Shown: one piece after another, positions 50,571 through 59,758 of the stretch | Numbering within the stretch: position 1 is the stretch's first letter | Layout: every line of letters begins with the position of its first letter | From: Ignavibacteriota bacterium | GTDB taxonomy: Bacteria; Bacteroidota; Ignavibacteria; UBA10030; UBA6906 | Direction: 5' to 3' | Assembly (NCBI GenBank): GCA_963801355.1 | Contig: CAWDEM010000008.1 | Span: 448,001-512,000 of the forward strand | Length of the DNA stretch: 64,000 nt | Notes under the pieces: generated by a model | The model's input: the letters and a program-made list of their open reading frames with translations, nothing else | The model's database searches: none | Told to the model about the DNA's origin: nothing | Translations under genes and position numbers: made by a program

Positions 50571-51263
50571 ATGCTGAAATGCCCTGTATGCGGGACGGAG
50601 AACGGTGACCTTGACACGGTGTGCAGTTCGTGCAAGGGCTTCATACAGGCAAAAGTGGATACACTCGACCTGTTCAGCACCGCCTGGGGGCTGATGGACC
50701 AGCCTCGCCGGACGTTCCGGCGGATTGCGATCGCAAGGACCAAAAACTATGTGGTCTTGCTGAGCGCCGGTATCGGCATTGCGCTTGTGTATCTTTACTT
50801 CTGGCACTGGCACTTGGCCGTGCGGTTTCCCAGTTTGATCACACTCCTGGGAATCGGTTTGCTCGTCGGGCCGCCCCTGGGAAACCTGCTGATCGCGCTC
50901 TGCTCCGTTGTTGTTCGATTCATCCTCCGGATCAAGGGCGTCCGGATCTCTTTCCGCACGGGATTTGCGCTGCTGTCGTACGCGGGAATTCCGGTGGTGG
51001 CGTCGCTCATCGCGGTAATGCCGGTGGAGATTGCCGTGTTCGGCATGTTTTTCTTTGACAACAATCCGCCGCCCATGGTCATCAACCCTGGCGCCTATCT
51101 CGGACTGCTTGCCCTCGATACACTTGCCGGATGCTGGTCGATCGTATTAATAGTGCTGGGGATCCGATCTGCCGCCGGGGTGTCGTGGGTCTGGTCAATC
51201 ATTCCGGCCCTAGCGGTCGGAGCTCTGATCGCTTTGCTGGTCATGGGATTGCGGCCATTCTAA
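50571..51263 (+). CDS. Zinc-ribbon plus Yip1-like membrane protein
   Basis: CPVCG..N.....CSSC, then P..TF and about 5 TM helices. Confidence 0.7.
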   Translation: MLKCPVCGTENGDLDTVCSSCKGFIQAKVDTLDLFSTAWGLMDQPRRTFRRIAIARTKNYVVLLSAGIGIALVYLYFWHWHLAVRFPSLITLLGIGLLVGPPLGNLLIALCSVVVRFILRIKGVRISFRTGFALLSYAGIPVVASLIAVMPVEIAVFGMFFFDNNPPPMVINPGAYLGLLALDTLAGCWSIVLIVLGIRSAAGVSWVWSIIPALAVGALIALLVMGLRPF

Positions 51264-51264
51264 A

Positions 51265-51624
51265 ATGATGGACCAGGAGCGATTCGAGCAAATCGTCGAA
51301 GAAGAGTTTGAGAGAGTCCCGGATCTCTTCCGGCAGAAGCTCGAGAACGTTCGCATCGTTGTGGAAGAGGAGCCGGGCTCGCAGCGGCTGCGCAGCCGGG
51401 GATTGCTGCTGGGGTTGTACGAGGGAGTCCCGCTCAGCAAGCGGGGCAGCGATTATGGTGTGTATCCGGTGATACCTGACACCATCACACTGTTCAGAAA
51501 GAATATCGAATCGATTGCGGCCAACGAAGAAGAAGTCCGGTATCAGATTCGCATGACGTTGATTCATGAAATAGGCCACTACTACGGCATGTCGGAGGCG
51601 GAAATCCGCCGTGCCGGTTATTGA
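51265..51624 (+). CDS. Zincin-like metallopeptidase family protein
   Basis: LLGLYEG.P, PD.I.LF, HEIGHY.G. Confidence 0.88.
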   Translation: MMDQERFEQIVEEEFERVPDLFRQKLENVRIVVEEEPGSQRLRSRGLLLGLYEGVPLSKRGSDYGVYPVIPDTITLFRKNIESIAANEEEVRYQIRMTLIHEIGHYYGMSEAEIRRAGY

Positions 51625-51658
51625 ATGACTGAGTTCATACGAGAAAGGAAAACCTCCG

Positions 51659-51958
51659 ATGTCCAAAGTTCTGTTTACGATTTCGTACACGGTCAAGCCG
51701 GACTCCCGGGACGCCTACCTGCAGCATGTCAGAGGCCTTCGGGAGCATCTCCGGACACGGGCAAAAAAGGATTACGGGCTGTACGAGGCGAAAGGGAAGA
51801 AAGATCAGTTCATGGAGGTGTTCGTGAGTGAGAGCATGGAAGATTTTGATGCTCTGGAAGACAATCTCGACCCGGAAACGGAATCGATGATCGCCAAGGT
51901 TGAAGAGTTTGTTGATGAAAAAGGGATGAAGTACTCGACGATGGTCGAAGTTCAATAG
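51659..51958 (+). CDS. Hypothetical protein, possible dimeric alpha+beta barrel (ABM-like)
   Basis: AGGA RBS; ISYTVKP...AY...F.EVF..ES pattern. Confidence 0.6.
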   Translation: MSKVLFTISYTVKPDSRDAYLQHVRGLREHLRTRAKKDYGLYEAKGKKDQFMEVFVSESMEDFDALEDNLDPETESMIAKVEEFVDEKGMKYSTMVEVQ

Positions 51959-51965
51959 GTCCGCC

Positions 51966-52445
51966 GTGGTACAGAAGATCGATCCGATCGCACGGTTCAT
52001 GCAGGAGCATTCCGTCACGCTTCTGCAGCTTTCTGCCCTGAACCGGGCATCCCGCGATTTGGAGGAGCGAGGATTTTCTGACGAAGCATTCGGGCGTCTC
52101 CTCACCGCGCTCGATTTCCTGCAGGAGGAAGTGGGTCATCACAATGCCCGGGAAGAGACAGCGCTCTTTCCCGTGCTTGACAGATACGTTGAAGGTCCAA
52201 CCTCGGTCATGCGGCGGGAGCACAAGACCCTGAAACGGGAGCTCCGTCGCCTCAAGACATCAGTGAAAGCAGTCGAGCAGAAGCGGTCTTCAAAACGGAC
52301 AATCAGGGAGATGAGGGCACAATCCAGACTGGTGGTCCAACAGTTTGTGAACCACATTCACAAGGAAAACAACATCCTCTTCCCCCTTGTCCAGAAGTTC
52401 TTGACCAAGGATGCACTCCGTGAAATCGCCCGGAGAATGGCGTAG
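51966..52445 (+). CDS. Hemerythrin-like (HHE) domain protein
   Basis: EH, HNAREE..LFP, MRREH, HIHKENNILFP. Confidence 0.88.
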   Translation: MVQKIDPIARFMQEHSVTLLQLSALNRASRDLEERGFSDEAFGRLLTALDFLQEEVGHHNAREETALFPVLDRYVEGPTSVMRREHKTLKRELRRLKTSVKAVEQKRSSKRTIREMRAQSRLVVQQFVNHIHKENNILFPLVQKFLTKDALREIARRMA

Positions 52446-52531
52446 CGCTTCTGAGCGTGCAGCGCGTACTCTTCGCATGAAACTCATCGGCACAATTCCT
52501 CGAACGCATCTCATCTGGCGAGCATAATTTC

Positions 52532-52906
52532 TTGATACTTAAACAGTTACGCAAAATTGATTCAACAACAATCTTCCTTGTGTGGGATGATGCGCACGAA
52601 GGTCCGGTGACCATGCGGCGGTTGCGAGATGCATGTCCTTGTGCCGGATGCCAGGGAGAAACGGTACTGCTACACCGGTATGCCGCGCCGGAAAGGGACC
52701 CGTTGGAGCCGGAAGCCTATGATCTGAAAGATGTGGAGGTCGTTGGCAACTATGCGATCAAGCCATCCTGGGGAGACGGGCACGACCAGGGGATCTATAC
52801 GTGGGAGCACCTGCGCTCTCTGTGCGAATGTCCTGAGTGCTCCATCCGGAGCACAGAGGGCTCCTCACGGCGGACAGCAGGCTCCAGCCGGGGAGATGGA
52901 CAGTGA
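52532..52906 (+). CDS. DUF971 / GBBH-like N-terminal domain protein
   Basis: WDD.H, LRDACPCAGC, VGNYAI..W.DGH..GIY.W..L; extra CECPEC. Confidence 0.85.
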   Translation: MILKQLRKIDSTTIFLVWDDAHEGPVTMRRLRDACPCAGCQGETVLLHRYAAPERDPLEPEAYDLKDVEVVGNYAIKPSWGDGHDQGIYTWEHLRSLCECPECSIRSTEGSSRRTAGSSRGDGQ

Positions 52907-53403
52907 GCAACGCAATCGACGTGAGACTCATCCTTGAGCGTTTTCCCTATGGCGTTTTCGTTGTTGCTACTGCCACGCCAAAAGGCGAGGTGCTGGGAAT
53001 TCTGGCCACCTGGGTCACCCAGGTCTCATTTGAACCGCCCCTGATTGCAGTCTCCGTTGAGACGGGAGGGAACTTCGGTCAGGCTCTGGGCAGATCCGGT
53101 CAATTCTCGCTGAATCTCCTGCGGAGCGGAGACCTCCGTCTGGCAAGGGAAATACTAAAGTCCGGCCCGCTGCTCGAAGAACATGGTGTCCGGAAGGAGT
53201 TCGTGATCTCTCCAGGGGGATCACCGGTACTCCAGAAATCGGCCGGAGCGCTTCTGTGCCGCGTCACACAGATGCACGAAGCAGGGGACCATCAGCTCAT
53301 CGTTGCTGAAGTGACCGGAGGGTTTGACTCGCAGGGCATGGAGTCAATGACGCTTCGCGAAACGGGTTGGAAGTACCGCAGGAAAAATTCTTCGAATCCT
53401 TAG
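52903..53403 (+). CDS. Flavin reductase family protein
   Basis: FPYGVFVV, ATWV.QVSFEPPL, AGDH.LIVAEV; GTG at 52903 overlaps the DUF971 stop. Confidence 0.85.
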   Translation: MSNAIDVRLILERFPYGVFVVATATPKGEVLGILATWVTQVSFEPPLIAVSVETGGNFGQALGRSGQFSLNLLRSGDLRLAREILKSGPLLEEHGVRKEFVISPGGSPVLQKSAGALLCRVTQMHEAGDHQLIVAEVTGGFDSQGMESMTLRETGWKYRRKNSSNP

Positions 53404-53414
53404 GGGGCTGGCAC

Positions 53415-53600
53415 ATGGCCGCGACCGATACGTTCGAAAACAGCATCGCGCAGATGACAGCCGCACAGAGACAGATGTTGTCGGGCTTCATCGCTCAGAC
53501 CCGCGAGCAGATCCTTATGGCCCGGAGCGAAGACGCCCGGCTACGCTTGCTGGCGGTATACTTCGAGGAAGCACACAACCGGCTGCAGGGGGTGAGGTAA
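53415..53600 (+). CDS. Small helical hypothetical protein (61 aa)
   Basis: AGGGGG RBS; fills the gap before the convergent peptidase; MAATDTFENS...EQILMARSEDARLR. Confidence 0.55.
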   Translation: MAATDTFENSIAQMTAAQRQMLSGFIAQTREQILMARSEDARLRLLAVYFEEAHNRLQGVR

Positions 53601-53649
53601 GGTGGGCGCAGGGCCGCCGGGCAATGGGCCGGCTCCCTGTCCCTTCCGT

Positions 53650-55491
53650 CTAATTCCTTCGCTGCATCGTCGCTGTCACCTTCAACGTTTCCCCGCCTCT
53701 CAGCACGACGACTTCCACCTGGTCTCCTGCTTTCAGCTCACCCAGTACTCCCATGTAATCATAGACGTTCAGAATCTTGTGTCCCGCAAGACCGAGGATG
53801 ACGTCACCGGTCTTCAGTCCGGCCTTTTCGGCTGCACCGTTGGGGCGAACGCCGCTGATCTTCATGCCCGTGCTTCCCTCGGCCACATCGGGCACAATGC
53901 CGAGCGAGACTGAGAAGCCCCTGCTGTCGCCGCCGGCATTGCCGCGGCTTCCCGCCGCCACCTGCACTCGCGTAAATGGGGGGCGCACAGCCATGGTATC
54001 GATCGCCATTGCGATCCGGTACACGTACGAAGTCACCTTTTCTTCGCCGGCATAATTGATCTTCTCCCAGTCGTCCCCCGGCTTGTGGTAGTCGTCATGA
54101 TAACCGGTGAAGAAGAAGAGCACAGGGATGTCTTTGGCGTAGAATGATGTCTGATCGCTCCCGCCGTATCCGTCTGGACTGAGTGTCAGAACGAACGCCG
54201 AATCCTTGTTCTGCGCGGCGAGCAGCTCGTTCCAAAGTGATGACGTGCCGCTGCCGCTCACCGTGAGTGCGCGGTTCTGCAGCCGTCCGACCATGTCGAG
54301 GTTCAGCATTGCCACTGTCTGCTTGAGCGGGAAGAACGGATGCTCCACATAGAAGCCCGAGCCGAGCAAGCCCAATTCCTCGCCGGAAAAGAAGATGAAC
54401 ACGAATGATCGTTTGATCTGTGCCGAACGAGCCGCAAATGCCTGTGAGAGTTCCAGCAGGGCGGAGGTGCCGGAGGCGTTGTCGTCGGCGCCGTTGTGAA
54501 TCGCCACGGTGTCGGGCATCATGGATCCTGATCCTGGGCCTCCCATGCCGAGATGGTCCATATGAGCGCCAAGGACGATGACCTCATTCTTGAGCACAGG
54601 ATCGTTCCCCTCAAGATAGGCAACGATATTTGATGTCTGTGACATCACGCGCGTGATTTCCGTCTCCATGTCGACCGTGGCGCCGGCAAGTTCGAACGAA
54701 TGGGGGGCATTGGTGCTGCGTATCGTATCCTGCAATGCCTTCAGAGTGAAGCCTGAGGGGGCCAGGAGGAGTTCGATCGCCTCCCGCTTCATCGTCACCG
54801 CAGGAATGCCGGAGGATCCCGCACCCTGGTCGGTGCCGAGCTTGATGAGGCCATCCTCGGATTCGTCCGCAGGTCCGGTGATCATAATCATGCCGGCTGC
54901 GCCCTTCTCACGGGCAATGCGTGCCTTGTTGCGCGGCGCCGTGTATTTGTAGTACGCGCTTTTCGGAGTGCTGCCGTCGGGCGCAAACCGCAGCATGATC
55001 ACCACTTTGTCCTTCACGTCCATGCCGGCATAATCATCGTACGGCGTGCCGGGTGCGGAGATGCCGTATCCTACAAAGACAAGCGGGGCTTGTGCGGAGC
55101 CTGTCGCGCTGAAGCCCAAAGGCCGGAAGTCGGCCTCCAGCTTCATCACCGTTGTTCCGCCCGGGAGGACAGGGGCATGGATGACGCACCGGTTCTGTTC
55201 GCCCGCTGTCACTGCGGACACGAAATCAAAAGGCTGGAAAAAAGTGCCGTTGTCGCCGGCAGGCTTCAAACCCCAGAGTTTCAAATCCGTGGCGATATAG
55301 ATCGCAGCCTCGATATTTCCCTGGCTGCCGGAACGTCTGCCCTGGAGTTCATCGGAGGCGAGATACTTGACGTACGACCGCAATTCATCCGCCGTGATCT
55401 CAGCGGAGGATGTTTGTGCGATGCCCTGTGCCGGTCCTGCGACGAGTGCGGCGATCGCGGCGATGGCGATCCACTTCATCATACGGTACAC
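53650..55491 (-). CDS. M28 family aminopeptidase with PA and PDZ domains
   Basis: Signal peptide; LASDELQGR, GAHMDH, GADDNASG, GEELGLLGS, NLDM, DYH; C-terminal PDZ LGIVPD...AEKAGLK.GD. Confidence 0.93.
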   Translation of the reverse strand: MYRMMKWIAIAAIAALVAGPAQGIAQTSSAEITADELRSYVKYLASDELQGRRSGSQGNIEAAIYIATDLKLWGLKPAGDNGTFFQPFDFVSAVTAGEQNRCVIHAPVLPGGTTVMKLEADFRPLGFSATGSAQAPLVFVGYGISAPGTPYDDYAGMDVKDKVVIMLRFAPDGSTPKSAYYKYTAPRNKARIAREKGAAGMIMITGPADESEDGLIKLGTDQGAGSSGIPAVTMKREAIELLLAPSGFTLKALQDTIRSTNAPHSFELAGATVDMETEITRVMSQTSNIVAYLEGNDPVLKNEVIVLGAHMDHLGMGGPGSGSMMPDTVAIHNGADDNASGTSALLELSQAFAARSAQIKRSFVFIFFSGEELGLLGSGFYVEHPFFPLKQTVAMLNLDMVGRLQNRALTVSGSGTSSLWNELLAAQNKDSAFVLTLSPDGYGGSDQTSFYAKDIPVLFFFTGYHDDYHKPGDDWEKINYAGEEKVTSYVYRIAMAIDTMAVRPPFTRVQVAAGSRGNAGGDSRGFSVSLGIVPDVAEGSTGMKISGVRPNGAAEKAGLKTGDVILGLAGHKILNVYDYMGVLGELKAGDQVEVVVLRGGETLKVTATMQRRN

Positions 55492-55517
55492 CCTTTCGTA
55501 AGAATATTTCTCGTATC

Positions 55518-55546
55518 ATGATACGTCCTCTGACGTTCAGTTGCAA
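55518..55546 (-). promoter_or_regulatory. Putative sigma70 promoter of the M28 peptidase
   Basis: Minus strand TTGCAA-17 bp-TATCAT. Confidence 0.45.
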
Positions 55547-55551
55547 CAATG

Positions 55552-55580
55552 TTGACATTCGGAGGAATCGTAAATATATT
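55552..55580 (+). promoter_or_regulatory. Sigma70 promoter of yqeY-mutS2
   Basis: TTGACA-17 bp-TATATT. Confidence 0.7.
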
Positions 55581-55609
55581 CAATGATGGAAATTACCAGG
55601 AAAACAGCC

Positions 55610-56068
55610 ATGACGCTGAAAGAGAAGATCGCCGAAGACATGAAGCACGCGATGAAGAGCGGGGAGAAGCTCCGTCTGGAGACTCTGCGCACGCTGCGCG
55701 CTGCATTGATGGAAAAAGAAATTGACCGGCGGGGGAGCGGACAGCCGGTGACGCCGGAAGACGAAATCGGCGTGTTGACCTCGGCCGCCAAGAAGCGCAA
55801 GGAATCCATTGAGCAGTTCGGCCGGGGCGGGCGGGAAGATCTTGTGGCACAGGAAACCAGCGAACTGCAGATCATCCAGGAGTACCTTCCCCGCCAGATG
55901 ACGCGCGACGAGGTCATTGCAGTCATACGCCGGATCATCGGCGAGACGGGCGCTTCTTCCGCAGCGGATTTTTCCAAAGTCATGCCTCTGGCGATGAGGG
56001 AGTTGAAAGGCAAGATGGAAGGGAACCTCGTGCGGGATGCTGTCCTGGAGTTGCTTGGTGGGAAATGA
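55610..56068 (+). CDS. GatB/YqeY domain protein
   Basis: LKEKI.EDMK.AMK, KKRKESIEQF..GGREDL..QE..E..II.EYLP. Confidence 0.92.
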   Translation: MTLKEKIAEDMKHAMKSGEKLRLETLRTLRAALMEKEIDRRGSGQPVTPEDEIGVLTSAAKKRKESIEQFGRGGREDLVAQETSELQIIQEYLPRQMTRDEVIAVIRRIIGETGASSAADFSKVMPLAMRELKGKMEGNLVRDAVLELLGGK

Positions 56069-56072
56069 GTGC

Positions 56073-58445
56073 ATGACTCCGTTTGACAGCGCCCTGGAGA
56101 AGCTCGAGTTTGAAAAGATCCGCCAGCGGATCGTGCGGTATGCGGTGTCCGATCCGGGGCGAGAACTGCTTTCCGTGTTGGACATACGGACGGATCCGGA
56201 ACTCATCCGGCAGCTGCTGGACGAAGTGAGCGACATGAAGCGGCTGCTCGAGGCGGAGAATGACCTCCCGCTGACCGGTATCCAGCCTGTCCGGAATGCG
56301 CTGCAGAAGTCGGGTCTGGAAGGAAGCATGCTCACCGCGCGCGAGATCGCCCAGGTGGGCAGTACGCTGGGAGCGGCGCGTGCGTTGCGAACGTTTCTGT
56401 TCCGGCGCCGGGAGTCGCACCCGCTGGTGTGGAACCTTGCCGACGGATTGCACGTGGACAAGGTGCTGGAGTTCAATATCGAGCGGGCCGTCGAGGAGAG
56501 TGGCGCAGTCCGGGCCGACGCATCGCGCGAACTGCAGTCGATCCGTCGTGCCATCGGCGACCGGTCCGATGAATTGCGCAAGCGCCTGGAAGGCATCCTC
56601 CGCGGCGTGACCGATCTGGGATTCACCCAGGAAGAGATCATCACGACGCGCGAAGGACGGATGGTGATCCCGGTGAAGGTGGAACACAAGAAACACGTTC
56701 CGGGATTCATCCACAGTGCTTCTGCCAGCGGCGCGACGGTGTTCATCGAGCCCACCGAGACGCTCGAATTGAACAACGACATCCGGAGCCTCCAGTTTCA
56801 GGAACAGCGCGAGGTGGAGCGCATCCTGCGTGAACTCACCGTGCAGATCGGCGAGGGGCGTGAAGCGCTGATCCGCAATCTGGACCTGCTCGCTGCGCTC
56901 GATGTGTTACAGGCGAAGGCAAAGTACTCGATCGAAGTGCTCGGCGTGGCCCCGGAGATCACCACGGGCGGCCCTGTGAGATTGCAGAAGGCGCGTCACC
57001 CCGTTCTCCTGATTCACCATGGCGTGCAGGGAGCCGTGCCGCTCGACATCGAGATCGGTGGTTCGTACACGACCCTTGTCATCAGCGGACCGAATGCGGG
57101 GGGAAAATCGGTTGCCATGAAGTGCCTGGGTCTGCTTGTGCTCATGGCGCAGGCGGGTTTGCACATCCCGGCGGGACCCGATTCCACGCTGCGGGTATTC
57201 CGCCGGATCTTCGTGGATATCGGTGACGAGCAGTCTATCGAGAGCGACCTGAGCACGTTCAGCTCGCATCTTGCGCACTTGAAGGAAATCACCGCGGGGG
57301 CGGATGCCGGGAGCCTGGTGTTGATTGATGAGATCGGAACGGGGACCGATCCCGCCGAAGGGGGAGCGATCGCCGCGGTGGTGCTCGAGTATCTGACGGC
57401 GCGCGGAGCCCTGACGATAGCAACGACGCATCACGGGGCCCTGAAGGTGTTTGCCCACGAGACACCGGGCATTGAAAACGGCGCGATGGAGTTCGATCAG
57501 CGCACTCTCACGCCCACATACCGGTTCCATGCGCAAATTCCTGGGAGCAGTTACGCTCTGGAGATGGCGGACCGTCTGGGATTCCGGCCGGAACTGATGG
57601 CGCGCGCGCGAGAGTTACTCGGCGGCGCGCATATGCGTCTGGAGGAATTAATCCAGGAGCTGGAAACCACCGCGCAGGAGCACCGGAAGGAATTGCAGAC
57701 CGCTCATGCCGAGCGGGAACGGGCGTCGACGATTGCGCGCGAGTATGACGCCAGGATAGGTGCGCTCGCGGCTGAGCTCCGGGAAATGAAGCGGAAGGCT
57801 GTCGAGGAAGCGAAGACAGTCCTTGACCGGGCCAATGCCGTTATTGAAAAGAGCGTAAAGGAGATTCGCGAACAGGGGGCATCGCGAGACGTCGTGCGCT
57901 CGGTCCGGGAAGAAGTACGTGAAGTCCGCGAATACCTCACGGCGGAGACGGAAAGCACTCCGCCGGCGCTGGAGGAAGAGAACTCACGCGAAGCGATCGC
58001 GCTGGGAAGCGTTGTTACTCTCAGCGGCCGTTCCGATCCCGGAGAGGTGTATGCAATCTCCCCCGACAGGAAGTCGGCCGTTGTGGTGTTCGGGAGCGTG
58101 AAGCTGCGGGTGGCTCTGTCAGACATCCAGCCAACGGCACGGAAGCTTCCGGCTCGACGGGAAAGGGGATCGATGCTGCCCGAGCGAACCGGTCCCGTGC
58201 AGCGCGAGCTGGACCTCCGCGGCATGACCGCAGATGAGGCGTTTCCGCTCATAGACAAGTTCATTGACGACGCCATACTGGCGGGATTGAGCAGGATTGA
58301 CGTGATACACGGCAAAGGCACCGGCGCACTTCGCAAGAAAGTGTCCGCGTTTCTGAGCCGCCATCCCCGCGTCCGCTCATTCCGGCTGGGGGAATGGAAC
58401 GAAGGGGGTGTCGGCGCGACCGTTGTAGAACTTAACGAAGAGTAA
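56073..58445 (+). CDS. mutS2: Endonuclease MutS2
   Basis: SASGATVFIEP, GPNAGGKS, IGDEQSI...LSTFSSH, DEIG.GTDP, Smr domain IHGKGTG.LR. Confidence 0.96.
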   Translation: MTPFDSALEKLEFEKIRQRIVRYAVSDPGRELLSVLDIRTDPELIRQLLDEVSDMKRLLEAENDLPLTGIQPVRNALQKSGLEGSMLTAREIAQVGSTLGAARALRTFLFRRRESHPLVWNLADGLHVDKVLEFNIERAVEESGAVRADASRELQSIRRAIGDRSDELRKRLEGILRGVTDLGFTQEEIITTREGRMVIPVKVEHKKHVPGFIHSASASGATVFIEPTETLELNNDIRSLQFQEQREVERILRELTVQIGEGREALIRNLDLLAALDVLQAKAKYSIEVLGVAPEITTGGPVRLQKARHPVLLIHHGVQGAVPLDIEIGGSYTTLVISGPNAGGKSVAMKCLGLLVLMAQAGLHIPAGPDSTLRVFRRIFVDIGDEQSIESDLSTFSSHLAHLKEITAGADAGSLVLIDEIGTGTDPAEGGAIAAVVLEYLTARGALTIATTHHGALKVFAHETPGIENGAMEFDQRTLTPTYRFHAQIPGSSYALEMADRLGFRPELMARARELLGGAHMRLEELIQELETTAQEHRKELQTAHAERERASTIAREYDARIGALAAELREMKRKAVEEAKTVLDRANAVIEKSVKEIREQGASRDVVRSVREEVREVREYLTAETESTPPALEEENSREAIALGSVVTLSGRSDPGEVYAISPDRKSAVVVFGSVKLRVALSDIQPTARKLPARRERGSMLPERTGPVQRELDLRGMTADEAFPLIDKFIDDAILAGLSRIDVIHGKGTGALRKKVSAFLSRHPRVRSFRLGEWNEGGVGATVVELNEE

Positions 58446-58447
58446 AC

Positions 58448-59758
58448 GTGGCCGGGCGATGCACACAGGCTGTCAGAAGCGGACACCGGCGCGGTGTGAA
58501 GGCATTGATGATCACACTGCTCTGGTCATTGCGCACGATCCTGGGTGATCCCGCCCTAGCCGGTGGTTTCGAGGTGCCCGGGATCTCAGCGCGCAGCGCT
58601 GGTATGGGAGGATCCATATCGATGCTGACCGGCAGTCCGATATCGGCATACGTCAATCCGGCCTCCCTGACGCATCTCCGGGGGACCCAGTTTTCGATCG
58701 GAACGATGGTTACGCTCCCGAACTTCCGGTTCACCGAAAATTTTGACACCGGTGTGGCCACGAAAATGCAGACACAGGTGTTGTTCCCACCGAACATCTG
58801 TCTTACGCATACGTTTCCTTCCGGTCTCGGGTTAGGTCTTGCGGCGACCATCCCGTTCTCGAGCAAGACCGATTGGGGAGTAGACTGGATCGGCCGTAAT
58901 CTGATCGCCGGGTCCGAGTTGCGGGGACTCGTGTTCACCCCCATGCTGTCGTTTCGGGCCACCGACGCCCTGTCGATCGGCATCGGGATCAATGTCACAT
59001 CGTTTCGATACCTCCGCAGCTCGCGTTTGCTGCTCCATCACACGATGGAACCCTCCGGGGCAGAGGGAACGGAGCGGATGGAGGGAAATGGATCAGCCGC
59101 GATCGGGGTCCAGGTGGGAATGATGATCGTTCCCGATGAGGCCCTATCCTTCGGCGTCGCCTACAGAACCAGGAGCACGGTCTCGATAGAAGGCGGAGGC
59201 GTCACGTATGAATGGCCAGCCTCGCTGGTGCCCCCCTCGGAATGGGCCACATCCACCTTCAGCACGTCGCTGACATTGCCGGACAAGATTCATGCCGGCA
59301 TGAGTATCCGCCCGGTGGCCCCGCTTCTCCTCACTGGCGAGCTGGAATTCACGCGATGGTCAGCCCTTGGGGAGCAGCTCGTGAGCGTGGGAAATCCGAC
59401 CACCCATGTCATCGTGGAGCAGCAGGATTGGAGCGATGTGCTTGGGGCACATGCGGGGGTCGAGCTGCTTATTGGGGATGTCGCCCTCAGAGCCGGAGTG
59501 ATGTTCAATAAGAGCCCCATACCCGACGCGCAATTGCGTCCTTCAGTCCTGGACGCGAATTGCACGGCGTACACGGCGGGAATCGGCTATTTGATCGGTG
59601 AAGGGCTCACACTGGATGTCGCCTTGCAGTCGTTGGATTATCAGGACCGGACGATCACCAGCTCTGCGGTGCTGTCGGCCGCCGGTTCGCCGATGAACGG
59701 TACGTACGAAATGAGCGCAACAGTTGTGGGTCTAAATGTGAGCTACTCATGGAAATGA
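58448..59758 (+). CDS. FadL/OmpP1 family outer membrane transporter
   Basis: AGGFE...[14 protein letters not shown], beta-strand pattern, LP, W.D; start codon uncertain. Confidence 0.85.
   Translation: MAGRCTQAVRSGHRRGVKALMITLLWSLRTILGDPALAGGFEVPGISARSAGMGGSISMLTGSPISAYVNPASLTHLRGTQFSIGTMVTLPNFRFTENFDTGVATKMQTQVLFPPNICLTHTFPSGLGLGLAATIPFSSKTDWGVDWIGRNLIAGSELRGLVFTPMLSFRATDALSIGIGINVTSFRYLRSSRLLLHHTMEPSGAEGTERMEGNGSAAIGVQVGMMIVPDEALSFGVAYRTRSTVSIEGGGVTYEWPASLVPPSEWATSTFSTSLTLPDKIHAGMSIRPVAPLLLTGELEFTRWSALGEQLVSVGNPTTHVIVEQQDWSDVLGAHAGVELLIGDVALRAGVMFNKSPIPDAQLRPSVLDANCTAYTAGIGYLIGEGLTLDVALQSLDYQDRTITSSAVLSAAGSPMNGTYEMSATVVGLNVSYSWK

Noticed and set aside
50539-55525. Shared operator CGTAT-N3/4-ATACG (50539, 55512, partial at 7483)
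   Set aside because: Spacing differs between sites and each overlaps a CG-TAnnnT -10 element, which explains half of the palindrome
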